NCBI GenBank assembly: GCA_028534125.1
Contig: CM052816.1
Location: 76,696,001 to 76,760,000 of the forward strand
Direction of reading: 5' to 3'
Source: Lama glama
Lineage: Eukaryota
DNA length: 64,000 nucleotides
Below, in pieces: positions 12,909 to 25,231 of this stretch; position 1 is the first letter of the stretch; each line of letters opens with the position of its first letter. The translations under genes were made by a program, and so were the position numbers. The notes under the pieces were generated by a model, which saw only the letters and a list, made by a program, of their open reading frames with translations, did no database searches and was not told where the DNA came from.

Positions 12909-13042
12909 TCAAATCTGTATTAGTTAAGTGAAAATCCAATTGTGACAACTGTTTTCCTAAACTTTAGGAAACAATTGCAACAATATACAAAGTGATCTTT
13001 TTTAATAGACACATCTGAATCTAATTCAAATACTTTTTTAAG

Positions 13043-13105
13043 GGTGTTGACCAGATGGATTTGTTTGGGGACATGTCTACACCTCCTGACCTAAGTAGTC
13101 CAACA
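13043..13105 (+). CDS. DAB2: DAB2 exon 9 (63 nt; skipped in a known human isoform)
   Basis: TACTTTTTTAAG acceptor; GVDQMDLFGDMSTPPDLSSPT; donor ACA|GTAAGT. Confidence 0.95.
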
Positions 13106-16100
13106 GTAAGTGTTTGTTTTTAAATTTGCAATGTAATGGAAATGACATCTATAACTCAAATTGGCAATTAACCAGAAATCTTGAGCATCTCATTGATACT
13201 TGGAAGGTGACTGCTGATTTTTCCTGCAAAAATGTAAATGGCTATTAGAACAAATTTGCATCTTAAGTCACCATGGAAGCCTATCAGCACTAATTCAGAT
13301 ACATTAATATTGCTTAGAGGTTAAATCTGAGTGATGGCTCAGACAGCGTAGTCCGTCTTGGTATTACTTAGGATCAGAAGGAGGAGCTGAATATTAATTC
13401 TTGGTATAAGCCTACTTGAAGAAAGTATGTTTGTTAGGTGATTAATTGTAAAGTCTCCTGGCCTCTTCTTTTTTTTTTTTTTCCCTATTCTTTCTTTTGC
13501 TATTTAGCAGCATAAGCTTGGTATAAAGTAAGACCTAAAACAAACAAGAGGCTCAGTTATGTTTAACTAAAGCTTGTCTTTGTTCAAAAAAAAAAGTATT
13601 GCTCGTTCTTTACAGGATATTATGGTGTATCCATTCTTCTTAGCATTCACTGATCCATTACAACTCTGCGAGAAGGGAGCAGTGTTTCCCTTTACAGATA
13701 AGGAAATGGGAATTCAAAAAACCCCTCATTTACCGAAGCAGAGGCCCAGATTCAAGGCTTAAGCCTGTCTCAAACCTTCCAAAATGGGCCTCAAGTGAAA
13801 TTACTCGTAATTTTGAATGACATCTTACAACTTACTCTATTTACTTAACAACTTCTTCAGTACTTGCTATTTGCAGGGCACAGAAGTGAGATTCACAGTG
13901 TTAATGACATCATGGAGTTTACGGTCTAGCAGAGAAACCAACACTAAAACTAAGCACAAAGACTACTGGTCGATGTTATTTACAAGGTATTTATCTAGTT
14001 TAGAGGTTCAGATAATGCCTCTGAGTGAGTGAGTTTCTGGACTTGAACATAAAAGGTGAGACGGCAATGACCAGACAGGAAGGACACCAGTCGAGAAGCA
14101 TGGGGAGGGTGTCCATCTAGGAGTCTCACACCAGGGGATTATCCCGCCAGCCTCTGTGACTGAGGAGGGCACAGGAATGAGAGCAGCAGCAGACCAAGAA
14201 CTGGGTAGGACTCTCACTTGCCAGAGTGGTGCAGACCATGGCAGGCCTATGAAATTTCATGTCAAATGCCCAGGTGCAGTGAGACTGAGAGGAGCAGGAG
14301 CTGTAGACACTCTGCCCCCAGCTCTGTGAGATTCGCAGTGTTTTCAGAGGCCCTAAAAAGCCTGCAGTCTAGAAGCCTGTTTAATGTTCTTTCAAGTAGC
14401 GAATCCTAACTCATTTGTCTATAAAACCTTCCGCTCCTCGTAATGTTTGTTACCCTTGTAGGGATAAAGTTTTTGAAATATCAGATTTGATAATCCTGAA
14501 AGGTCCATCCTAGCTCAGAGGTTTTTTGATTTCTAGGCAACTCTGCCCCTTCCTCCATTAGTAACTGTCTTCCAGAGTAAGTTGATGTCTGAATGACCTT
14601 CTTCCCAAGTATAACTGACGTTCAAACAAGTAGTCTATTGAAAGAGATCAAAATCCTCAAGCTATGAAGTAGAATCCCAGTGGGATAGGCAAGGAAGTGC
14701 TGACTGCTTAATCTGCTTCTGTAGATGTCTAGAAAGTTCTAAAAAAGGAAATGAAAAACATTAATAATCTTGAGTCTCATTTATATTAGACTTGGTGCAT
14801 TCTAAGAATTTTTGGTTTATAGAAATAAAATGCAAGCTTCAGTTAAACTAACAATAAATTAAAATGATAAATACCATCAAAATGATGGTATCTGCTAAGG
14901 AAGAGAATGCTAACGATGCTAATTATGTGCTGGTTAGACTTTGCCAGTGTCTTCTTACATACTGGCTCCATATTTGTAGGTCACAAAACAGATTTATCTC
15001 TACTTGATAAAACCAGCATGTTTAAAACTTTTGAAATCTCACAACAGTTGCTCTGGCAGAGATGAAGAGAAGCAGAAATCCAAATTACCTAGACTTCATT
15101 AGTGCTTCCCTGACCCGTCTGCCCCTTCCCCAACGTTTATACAAAACAGTCTTACGCATTTCAAATACAGCTCATGTTGCAAACTAAGTGGCATCCTTGA
15201 GAGCATAATTTTCATCAGAAAACCACTGGAATATTCTGCCATACTGTATCTATCTCCAAAAAGGAAAAAAAAAAAAAGGAAAGGAAAAGAAAAAAGAACA
15301 AAAAGACTTGGTCTCTAACTTTAAAAACCTGACCATTTGAAAGCATGGTTTTTACAAAAAGAATTTAAGGTGCAGGTCTCCCATCAAATCTGGGACGGGA
15401 ATGGGATTGGGGCACAAAGCACAGTGTCATGTACACGTAAGATGCCATGGTGGGCACAGGTGAAGCTGGAATAGAAGGATCAATGGGAAAAGGTTTTGTA
15501 AAGGATCTGAACTTGCACTGGGTCTTTGAAGTATGTAAGAAAAAGAGAGTAGCTAGGCTAAAAGTAAGTGAGGTCCCATGTGGGTCATTTTGAAAGTCTG
15601 GCTAATGAAGATTATTTTAATATAGGGAGTAGCAAGAAGCCACCGAAGGCTTTGTGTAGGGAGGTCCAGGATTTGGCAGGCTGGAATGGTTAGGGAGGAT
15701 GAGCTCCCTGGAGAAGGGCTAGTCTGTGGAACTCAGAATTTAAAACCTTGCCTGTGCAGACACCTCCGTGGTTGCCCGCCTGCCCCTCTTTCTGGAGCCC
15801 CTTAAGAGCAGGGAGTGTATTTCACGTTCATGTTGCTAGTTCTTGCCTCTCAGATGCTCACATGATGGCCAAGTGGATGCAGTGTTTACAGTCCAACAAA
15901 GAGTTAATGAAGCGCTCGCTGACTGAGGGGGTGGATGACAAGTCTTCCATCTTTCAGTTGCGGTCTATGAACTAGACTCTTAATCTTGGGTTCCAGCAAA
16001 CTCAGTCTGAGGAGAGCCTTATACATTTTACTTATAGGGTGACTATTCAGAAGTCTAACATTGTGGCTCCTGTTTGGTGTCCTAAGAAGTTCTTCTGAAG

Positions 16101-17822
16101 TATTTGAAGGAGAACTCACCAGCTGTGAACACTCAACAGTTCTAACCCAGAGGTGGCTCATAATAAATGAATAAATACTGCAATCACAAGCTTTTGTAAT
16201 ACATTTTGTCCTACCTTTTGATTTTTTTTGATTGTTAAAGTTCCCTACGTTAAGAAAATTTCCAATCAAATTCTTTGATTTTTTTTAAGTTTTTTTTTTT
16301 TTCACAAACTCTCTCTGATAAGTTCTTCTGGTTATAAAGAGAAAAGCTGGCTTTTTAAAACTGGGTCTTTATACCGAACAGTAAAGGAAGCCAAAAGATA
16401 GAATACCAATTAGGTCTGATTTAGGATTTGAACTTTTAAAAAATTTATTCTTAAAGCCAAGGGGGCCTGTTCAGTCTTCTTTTTTATTTACTAGGTTGAG
16501 AATTTCATACTCCCTTGATCACTGTCATGATCATTGCCCCAGTGACCAAAATATTTCATAGTCTTCCCAGGGTAATGCTAGAAAACTAACTTTCATTTCA
16601 GCTGGGTGGTTTTTATTGTTTATATTCTTCTGTGGCTAGCATAGCCAAGTATTTAATTGATCAAACTCAATCAGAAGGAAGGTCTGTCAATATGACAGCT
16701 ACCTCGCAGGGTGAGTCCTAATTAACTGCGTCATTGCCCTGAATAAAGACATGTCAGATTTATCAAGTTTGCTGCTTTTATGCTGAGAAGGATGTCTTAT
16801 CTAACAATTGAGAATCCAAATAATTAATATGTCTAAAACATGATAGAGAAGGAATAGAATTTGTAGAGTTATGCATTTTGTATGTCTTTCAAATTATGTC
16901 TCAAATGGACATCTCCACCTTACACATAAATTAAAGATGAGATTATACATAAATTAAAGATGAATGAAAGACTTGTTGAATTTATCCACTAAGTAGATGA
17001 GATTACTGTCACAACACAGGCAACTCCAAACCATGTTCTGAAAAAAAGTACAAATAAGAGAGGTTAATGCGATCTGTTAGATTATATCAGTATTTTGAGA
17101 AAGACATAGACAGAAGGGTATGTCCAGAGAAGAGATTGGGTCGATGAGGATGGGAGGTTCAACTTGACAACACCTTCCAAAGGATCGTTAAGTATTTAAA
17201 GAGGTGTATTCAACAGGCTCTGATATGAGGGAAAAATCTTTTTTGCCCTCCCTTGAGGAAAGACCAATTATAGGGAAATACATTTGACCTTAAACTTTAT
17301 TACATCCGGAACTATGAAATATGAATATATTAGCTAGCGAATTTGCTCATTCAGAAAGGTGATGTTATGTGACTCTAGGGGTACAACAGAAGGGACTGTA
17401 CATCAGTAGGAAATGGGCCTCTGAGGTCATTTTTTATTTTTAAGCTCAGTTAGTTAGTCACTTAGAGTGACTCTCAATCAATCCCCTTTAAGACTCAGGG
17501 CATGAACTGAAACAATGATGATTATGAACTCAGCCAGTCTGACAGTGTGAGATGAGACATGAATAAAGCAAATAACAGTAAGATTTCACTTAATGACGGG
17601 CCAACAAAGTTGAGGCTTAATTCAAAGGGCCTAGTGGGGCAGGGAGGACCTATTCTACAACTAGTAAGTGCACTCACGGATGTGGTTGGAGAAGGTAATG
17701 GTCACCCAGTAAGACCAAAATCTAATGGAACCGTTGATAATCCCGGTCATCTTATGTAGCTTTCTTATTTGAAGTCACAATGTGGACTAACAGTCTCTTT
17801 TTTTTCTTTCCAAATGTGATAG

Positions 17823-18476
17823 GAAAGCAAAGATATCCTGTTAGTGGATCTAAACTCTGAAATCGACACCAATCAGAATTCTTTAAGAGAAAATCTGTTC
17901 TTAACAAATGGGATCACCTCCTGCTCTCTTCCTCGACCAAAGCCTCAGGCATCTTTCTTGCCTGAAAATGCCTTTTCTGCCAATCTCAACTTCTTTCCCA
18001 CCCCTAATCCTGATCCTTTCCGTGACGATCCTTTTGCACAACCAGACCAATCGACACCTTCTTCGTCTGATTCTCTCAAATCTCCAGATCAGAAGAAAGA
18101 GAATTTGAGTAGCTCGTCTACCCCTCTGAGTAACGGGCCTCTGAATGGGGATGTTGATTACTTTGGTCAGCAATTTGACCAGATCTCTAACCGGACTGGC
18201 AAACAGGAAGCTCAGGCAGACCCGTGGCCCTTATCAAGTATGCAGACACAGACAGCAGTGAGAACTCACAATGGGGTATCTGAAAGAGAACAGAACGGCT
18301 TCCATATCAAATCCTCCCCGAACCCTTTTGTGGGAAGCCCTCCCAAAGGACTGCCCGTGCCGAATGGCGTAAAGCAGGACTTGGAAAGCTCTGTCCAGTC
18401 CTCACCACATGACTCCATAGCCATTATCCCACCTCCACAAAGCACCAAACCAGGAAGAGGCAGAAGGACTGCTAAG
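17823..18476 (+). CDS. DAB2: DAB2 exon 10, 218-aa p96-specific central exon (clathrin/AP-2 binding)
   Basis: ESKDILLVDLNSEID...DPFRDDPF...PWPL...NPFVGSPP...GRGRRTAK; 654 nt, phase 0-0; donor AAG|GTGAAT; LLVDL clathrin box and two DPF motifs. Confidence 0.97.
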
Positions 18477-19460
18477 GTGAATTGTCTGCTCCACATATCC
18501 ATTGGCAGAATGCATGTTCGGTACCAAAGGGTGGTGTGATGCAAGCTCTCTTTCCTGCTGCTCTTGTAGTTTCCTGTGTGGCTGTGACATAGAAGGTGGG
18601 ATAAGGCGCATCGTTCTCCAGGAGTACTTTCTTCTAATCATCATCCTTGTTAAGCTTCTCACTCAGCAGTGTTTGTCACACCCTGCTTTCCCTTTGCATG
18701 TCTTGTCACTTACTGTTAACTAAACACAAGTTTTTCCATTTTTAATGCTGCTCTGCTTCTGTACCTCTGGTAAGTCTGATCGTCATGTTCTGGGAGGGGC
18801 GGGCGAGGGTCCTTGTGATTCCCTTCGTACCTTCCCCATACTAACACACATCCCCACATACCCCTTGTTTTGCATTAATGTCCCGGGTGGTGGTGTAAAA
18901 TCCTCGAGTTTGTCTCCTCTTTTAAATCCTAACCAAATGATCCCTTGTCTTGACAGAAACGTTTATGTTTACTATCACCACTTCATTCAAAAGCAGTTTA
19001 AAAGGTGGTTTATATAAGTTTCACTTTAAAAAAATCTCACTGGAATAGGCAGACTGGCCTAATGATTTGTCTACTGTATCATCTTTATGCAGAATGATTT
19101 AAGTCCAGGAGAATGATCAAAATATTTAGGCTCCTTACTTACAGTTGTCCTTTCCCAGCTTCAAGCTTTTGGCTGTTGAGACCAGACAGAAACAAATGTG
19201 TAAATGAGCAAAACAGATTTCACTTTGAGAATCCACCAATATTGGGTCACCAAGACCCAATATTCTGTCTATTGCCAGGAATTTGTGTCTTTTTTTCTTT
19301 TTTTTTTTGGTCTTTTTGGGTTTTTGTAGTAATTTATCCGTAACGAGGAAAAGTTTTTCTTTTTGTGTTTTCAAGTTGGAGGTGCACAGTAGGATAGAGA
19401 ACAGAGCTGAATTTCACTGTTACTGACTAACTCCTCTGTGTCCCCTCTCTGCCCTGTCAG

Positions 19461-19620
19461 TCTCCAGCAAAAGACTTACTTGCATCCGACGTCTTTGCTC
19501 CTCCTGTCTCAGAACCTCCAGGCCAGATGTCTACAGGACAACCTGCAACCCTACAGACCAACCCTCTGGATCTCTTCAAAGCAAGTGCTTCTGCCCCAGC
19601 GGGGCCCCTTGCAGGTCTAG
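19461..19620 (+). CDS. DAB2: DAB2 exon 11
   Basis: CCCTGTCAG acceptor; SPAKDLLASDVFAPPVSEPPGQMSTGQPATLQTNPLDLFKASASAPAGPLAGL(G); donor TAG|GTAGGT; 160 nt. Confidence 0.93.
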
Positions 19621-21430
19621 GTAGGTGCCTAGAGATGGAGTTGGGTTTGGCGGCATTGCTTTCACTCATAAGATGACAAGTCGTAGGAGGAAGCACTTCA
19701 CATTCATAGAGGTTCCTAGGGCATAAGATTTGAGCAGCCTCAGGAGCCTTCTCCCACTTTTACTTCCCTGTGGTACTCTCTACTCGTAACTGAAGTTTGG
19801 CTCCTTAAGTTGGCATGTGAGAAGAAATCTGCGTTTAACATTGTACTTACCTGAACCAGCTGGTAAGGGCTCACGGAAGACAACTGTAAGGGATTCAGAA
19901 GCTCAGACCGGCTTCGCTGGAGAAACAGGGTTAAGACAAGAGAGACTTGTCTATTGTCTCTGTTTGAAAAAAGTAGCACTATGCATGTCCTCCATGCAGT
20001 TTGCCATTACTAAATTGAGGCCCTATCCCCTGTTAAACTGCTAGACACCCCAAAAGGGCTATAAGTTAAGTTTGAAGCAAGTGTAAGTCATTGAATGAAA
20101 GTCCCAGGCTCTGAGCCCAGTTCTGTTCCTGGGCACATGGTGGGTGTGGGACAGGCATATATCCTGATCAGCCTCTGAATACTGAAGCCTTAGCTGCTCC
20201 TTGCTGACATTTTGGCTAGTTGAATGTCTTAGTAAAGTGAGAAGATAAGTTGTAGACATCTGAAGCGGAAAAGAACCCAGAAATAAGGGGAAAGATGAAA
20301 TTTTACCAGAGACCTGAGATGTGCAGGTGCTGTCATTCATCACTGTGTCCTGAGCTCATGTAAGCCACCGAGCCACCCTGTGGCAGGAATAGCTGAGAGC
20401 TGGCCCCGCGACTGTCCGTCCACAGCCTCCCGCATTTTTCTGCTTTTGTGGGACAGTCTTCCGAAACCCCGATAATAGTCTTTGCTTTCCTGCTGGGGAC
20501 TCTCTTTGTTCTTCTACTTCTTGGCACCTCTACAGGTTCCAAATAGACTCTGTCTTGGGAGGGGGTTGAGAAGGCTCTGGATGGAGAGGGATGGGTTCTC
20601 TTCCCGATTTTATAAAATTTGTCCAGGGATATTGGTTTTCTCTGCCTCCTGCTGAGTCGATCATCAGAACTCTCTTTTTGTTTGCTTGTTTTTTTGGTCT
20701 TCTGCTGGTTTGTTTTTTTTATAAAGGAAAATATTTTGGTTTTATCACATTAAATCTCTGCAGTCCTATCTGGAGTATGGTGGCAAACTGCTCAGTGGCT
20801 GAACTCCCTGCAGGTATGGGAAGGCAACTTGTTTCAGGTCTCTGCTTGTGTTCATACTCTCAAAAAACTCTCCCTAAGCACCTGATGTCTCTTCCCCTTT
20901 CTGTACCACTTTTGCCTGTATCCCCGGCTGGAGCTGGTTGGTGCTTTTCCTGCAGAAGGAGAGAGAGCTAGCAAGCAATGCCCCCGACCAGATCACATCA
21001 CAGGGCTTTGTAGCCTAATATCAATGCCCCGAAGAATTTTTACAGCCAACATTTAACAAGTCAGCCTGAAAATACAGCTGGACCCTATAACTGTTAATTT
21101 ATTCAGACAAAGTGAAGCTTTTTGGCTAGATGCCCCTGTTGAGGCCTTGGGGTATACAAGTGCAGAATACTGATGATTCTTCCAAGTTTGGACATGGGAC
21201 TCAAACTGAGCCCTACAGTATAGCCCTGTCCACCAGCAGGGATCCTCAGCCAAACCCTGGATGGTTGTAGGTCTGGCTTCTGCTGGACCCAGCTGGGACA
21301 CTGTCTCCCCTGGAGAACTGGGGGTGGGGAAGGGGTCCTGTAGAAAGCTGAGCTTTGACTCCCTGCCCTGTGTTTTAATCTAGCATCAGAAGGTGATAAG
21401 GATGAACTTCTTACACCCACACTTTCTTTT

Positions 21431-21641
21431 TTTTTAACATTTTTTATTGATTTATAATCATTTTACAATGTTGTGTCAAATTCCAGTGTAGAGCACAATT
21501 TTTCAATTATACATGAACACATATATATATATATTCATTGTCACATTCCTTTCTCTGTGAGCTACCGTAAGATCTTGTATATATTTCCCTGTGCTATACA
21601 GTTTAATCTTGTTTACCTATTCTACAATTTTGAAATCCCAG
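21431..21641 (-). mobile_element. Young 5'-truncated LINE-1 3' end with TSD
   Basis: Poly-T then TTTTTATTGATTTATAATCATTTTACAATGTTGTGTC...; 13-bp TSD CACACTTTCTTTT at 21418-21430 and 21642-21654. Confidence 0.85.
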
Positions 21642-22063
21642 CACACTTTCTTTTCCTTTACCTTCTGCCTCTACTTTCTCCAGCAGAGCCTTAAGCATCC
21701 TGGAAACACAATGCATGATGGGAATGCAGCCTGGCTTAAGTAGACACTGGGAAAGCCTTTCATTCCTGGCAAATATATTTGTCTCTTTTGCCAATATTCC
21801 CACTAATACCACCTCTGCTGTTATGACGAAAGCCACACATTTTCCTAAGGAAAGGCACGTCATCTGCCATGAAAGATGATAAAATTCTACCCAGTTTGCA
21901 CATCCAAGTGGTGTAAATTATGAGTGACTGGCTTCAGTTAATAAAATTTAAATGACTTGTTTTAAAATGCTAGCAATAATTTTGTTCAAACTCAACCCAC
22001 CTCTAGCAGCCTGTCTCATAGAATCTAAGAGAGCGTTTCCCTTGATCGGTTGTGAAAGGAACA

Positions 22064-22597
22064 CAGGCAGATCTTGTTTTATTGCACGTCACTTCCCTGT
22101 GCTTCACAGGTATTGAATTGTTTTGTTTTGTTTTGTTTTTTAACAAATGAAAGGTTTGGGGCAGCCCTGTACCAAGCAAGCCCACCAACGCCATTTTTCC
22201 AATAGCATTTGCTCACTTCATGTCCCTGTGTCTCATTTTGGTGTTTCTTGCAATATTCCAAACTTTTAAATTATTATTATATTTATTATGGTGATCTGTG
22301 ATTGGTGATCTTTAGTGTTACTATTGCAAAAAAGATTAAGACTCACTGCAGGCTCTGATCATGGTTAGCATTTTTTAACAATAAAGTATTTTTTAATTAA
22401 GTTATATGTTCATTTTTTTAGACCTAATGCTATTACATACTTAATGGGCTACTATATATTATGTTATACTATATAGTATAAACACAACATTTATATGCAC
22501 TGGGAAACCAAAAAATTTATGTGACTCACTTTTTTCCCATATTTCCTTTATCACAATGGTCTGGAACCAAACTTGCAATATCCCTGAGGTCTGCCTA
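22064..22597. mobile_element. Internally deleted Tigger1-family (TcMar) DNA transposon
   Basis: TIRs CAGGCAGATCT...AGGTCTGCCT; Tigger1 5' block (...TTGCTCACTTCATGTC...GTTACTATTG) joined near 22326 to the 3' block (GCAAAAAAGATT...GCACTGGGAAACCAAAAAATT...). Confidence 0.85.
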
Positions 22598-23312
22598 TAT
22601 GCATATTCCTTAGTGTAAATGAAGTCCAATTTCTATATATGTAAAATAGATATTCGAGTCAATATTCCAATAAAAAAGTATAGTTCTGTTCCTTGATGCC
22701 CAGGAGACAGAACAGGAGGACAGGGTGCTGGATCAGAGGTGGTATGCCTGAGTTTTAGTCTCTACCATCACAGACTGCAATCTTCCCAATTTTAGTAATT
22801 ACTATTTTTGTACCCAGCTTCCTCCCCTCAAAAACAAGCAGGTTAATTTAGTAAGCTGACCCTTTTGGAAGCCCACCACTCTCTGTGAGCACGCCTTATG
22901 TGTTCGTGACCAGATGACTGGTGTTCCTGATGACAGCGGAGTCAAGTAACACCAGGCTCCAATCCTGAGAAAATTTCAGATAGACTGCCTTGCTCCATCA
23001 GCCCCTGAACCCCATTTGGAAAATCTTTCTCACTGTGGAAACAAAAACATTCCTAACCCAAGTTTGAAGACCTTTTGCTACTTTGGTTAGAAAGCTTTCG
23101 TAACTAAAGAACGCTCTGCTCTAAAAGCTCAAAGCAAGTAGGTTTTGAGAGCAAAGCTTCGTTCATGAATAGGTCTGAGGTTGAATTCAGGTTTTCTGTT
23201 AGTGGTGACAGTTTAACTGAGCCATTAATACCCTGGGGAGGATGCAGAAGAGAAAATGTCCTATGTATTAGAACAATATGTAGGGGATGAGCGTCTCAAG
23301 AAGAGTGGGAAA

Positions 23313-23620
23313 TAACACAGGGAACTATATTCAGTATCTTGTAGTAACTTATAATGATAAAGAATATGAAAATGAGTATATGTGTATATATATGCATGAC
23401 TGGGACATTATGCTGTGGACCAGAAACTAACTGACACTTGTAACTGACTATACTTCAATAAAAACAAAACCTACCACGAAAAAACAAAAATGAAAATGAA
23501 TATATGTATGTATATGTATGACTGAGCTATGATGCTGTACACCAGAAATTGACACAACATTGTAAACTGACTATACTTCAATTAAAAAAGGTTAAAATAT
23601 TAAAAAATTAAAAAATTTTA
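23313..23620 (+). mobile_element. Two tandem LINE-1 3'-end fragments
   Basis: Two units each ending ACTGACTATACTTCAAT plus A-tail; flanking repeat AAGAAGAGTGGG at 23298 and 23621. Confidence 0.8.
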
Positions 23621-24598
23621 AAGAAGAGTGGGGAAACACTGGAGAGACCTGGATATTAGTGACATAGCTAATTATGAATCTCCTTGGCAAGGATGCAGGT
23701 GTGAGGGCCATTCCCCTACAAAGATCACACGCCTGGACATGGACAATTAGGTACATTGCAAGGGGGTTTTTGGTTTGGTTTGGGTTTTGCTTAACATTCT
23801 CTTCTCTCCCTCCCTCCCTCCCTCTCTTCAATACTCTGTTCTAACTTAGGGCAAAGTTTAGTGAGTGGCACATGGCAGGAAGCACTTATTTGAAACAACT
23901 CTCCCAGGATAAACCAGCCTTTCCTCCATGTCTGTATAAAAACGTCTAAAACTGTCTTGGCATCAACCAAATTGTATCATCCTTTTATATAGCTGTGTAA
24001 ACCTTGGCCGCATTTAAAAACAAAGAAACTTTGAAACTGTTTCTCCGGGATGTAAGTACGCTGAAGCCTAAAGCAGATGCCTGATAACTGGTTTCCATAA
24101 GATCCGGACAGGAGCCAGTTGCCAAATGAAGAGGTTAAACCAGTGACTCAAGAGCACCCAGTGGATGATCTTAATTAACTATGTTGTAATCAGCATGGTT
24201 TATATACGTAAATGTATTTACTCAACATCTCGGTTCATGCTCTTGACATGCTCTTGACAGGCTGTTTCAAATATATCAGTGTACATATGATAGGGGCTCA
24301 TTTTTTTTTTATGACTAGGTACTTACAGACTGTATGACTCATCTAATGAGGAAAGTTAGAAAGGTATGGTAAAAAAAAAAAAGGACTTCGAAATGCAACC
24401 AGCATTAGCTATACTGTATTAGCTAATTAATCTTTAGTGATTTACTCTAATAAAATCTGTGTCTGCCTCGAGGCTTAAAGAAGGTTTGTCATGTAAATGC
24501 TCTCTATAAATGCTCTCCAGAGGACTGTGCTTTCTGAAACTCGAGTCCTCTTTGAGCTGGTCTCCTGAGAAGTCCTTTCTGCCGCTTCCTCCCTTCAG

Positions 24599-25231
24599 GT
24601 GGTGTGTCAGTTATACCCCCTCAGGCAGGACCATGGAACTCAACCTCTCTAGTCTTCGGTCAGTCCACGTCAGTGGTCCCAGGCACTCTGATTGCTGGTC
24701 AGCCTTCAGGATTCAGCCAGCCACTCATCTTTACCAATAGCCCAGCTGTTCCAGGTTGGAACCAACCTTCATCCTTTGCAGCCTCAACTCCCCCTCCAGC
24801 CCCTGTTGTTTGGGGCCCATCAGCATCTGTGGCACCCAATACTTGGTCGTCGGCCAGCCCTCTGGGGAATCCTTTTCAGAGCAATGTTTTTCCAGCTCCT
24901 GCTGCGTCAGCCCAGTCCCCTTCTGGGCTCTCCTCTCTCCTGGTCCCTCCTCCTCAACCCCCTCCCAGAACTGGCCCTCCCAAGGACATCTCCAGCGATG
25001 CCTTCGTTGCCTTGGACCCACTAGGGGACAAAGAAGTCAAGGAAGTGAAAGAAATGTTTAAGGACTTCCAACTGCGGCAGCCACCTGTTGTCCCGGCAAG
25101 GAAGGGAGAGCAGAATTCCTCTGGAGCATCAAGTGCCTTCTCCAGTTACTTCAACAACAAAGTTGGCATCCCTCAGGAGAATGCAGACCATGACGACTTT
25201 GACGCCAATCAACTGTTGAGGAAGATCAATG
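24599..25231 (+). CDS. DAB2: DAB2 exon 12 (proline-rich region, myosin VI-binding SYF)
   Basis: CCCTTCAG acceptor; ...LGNPFQSN...PPPQPPPR...KEMFKDFQLRQPPVVPARKGE...SSYFNNKVGIPQENADHDDFDANQLLRKIN; donor ATG|GTGAGC; 633 nt. Confidence 0.97.

Noticed and set aside
18477..18539. Extension of the 231-aa ORF past exon 10
   Set aside because: Lies beyond the AAG|GTGAAT donor; intronic.
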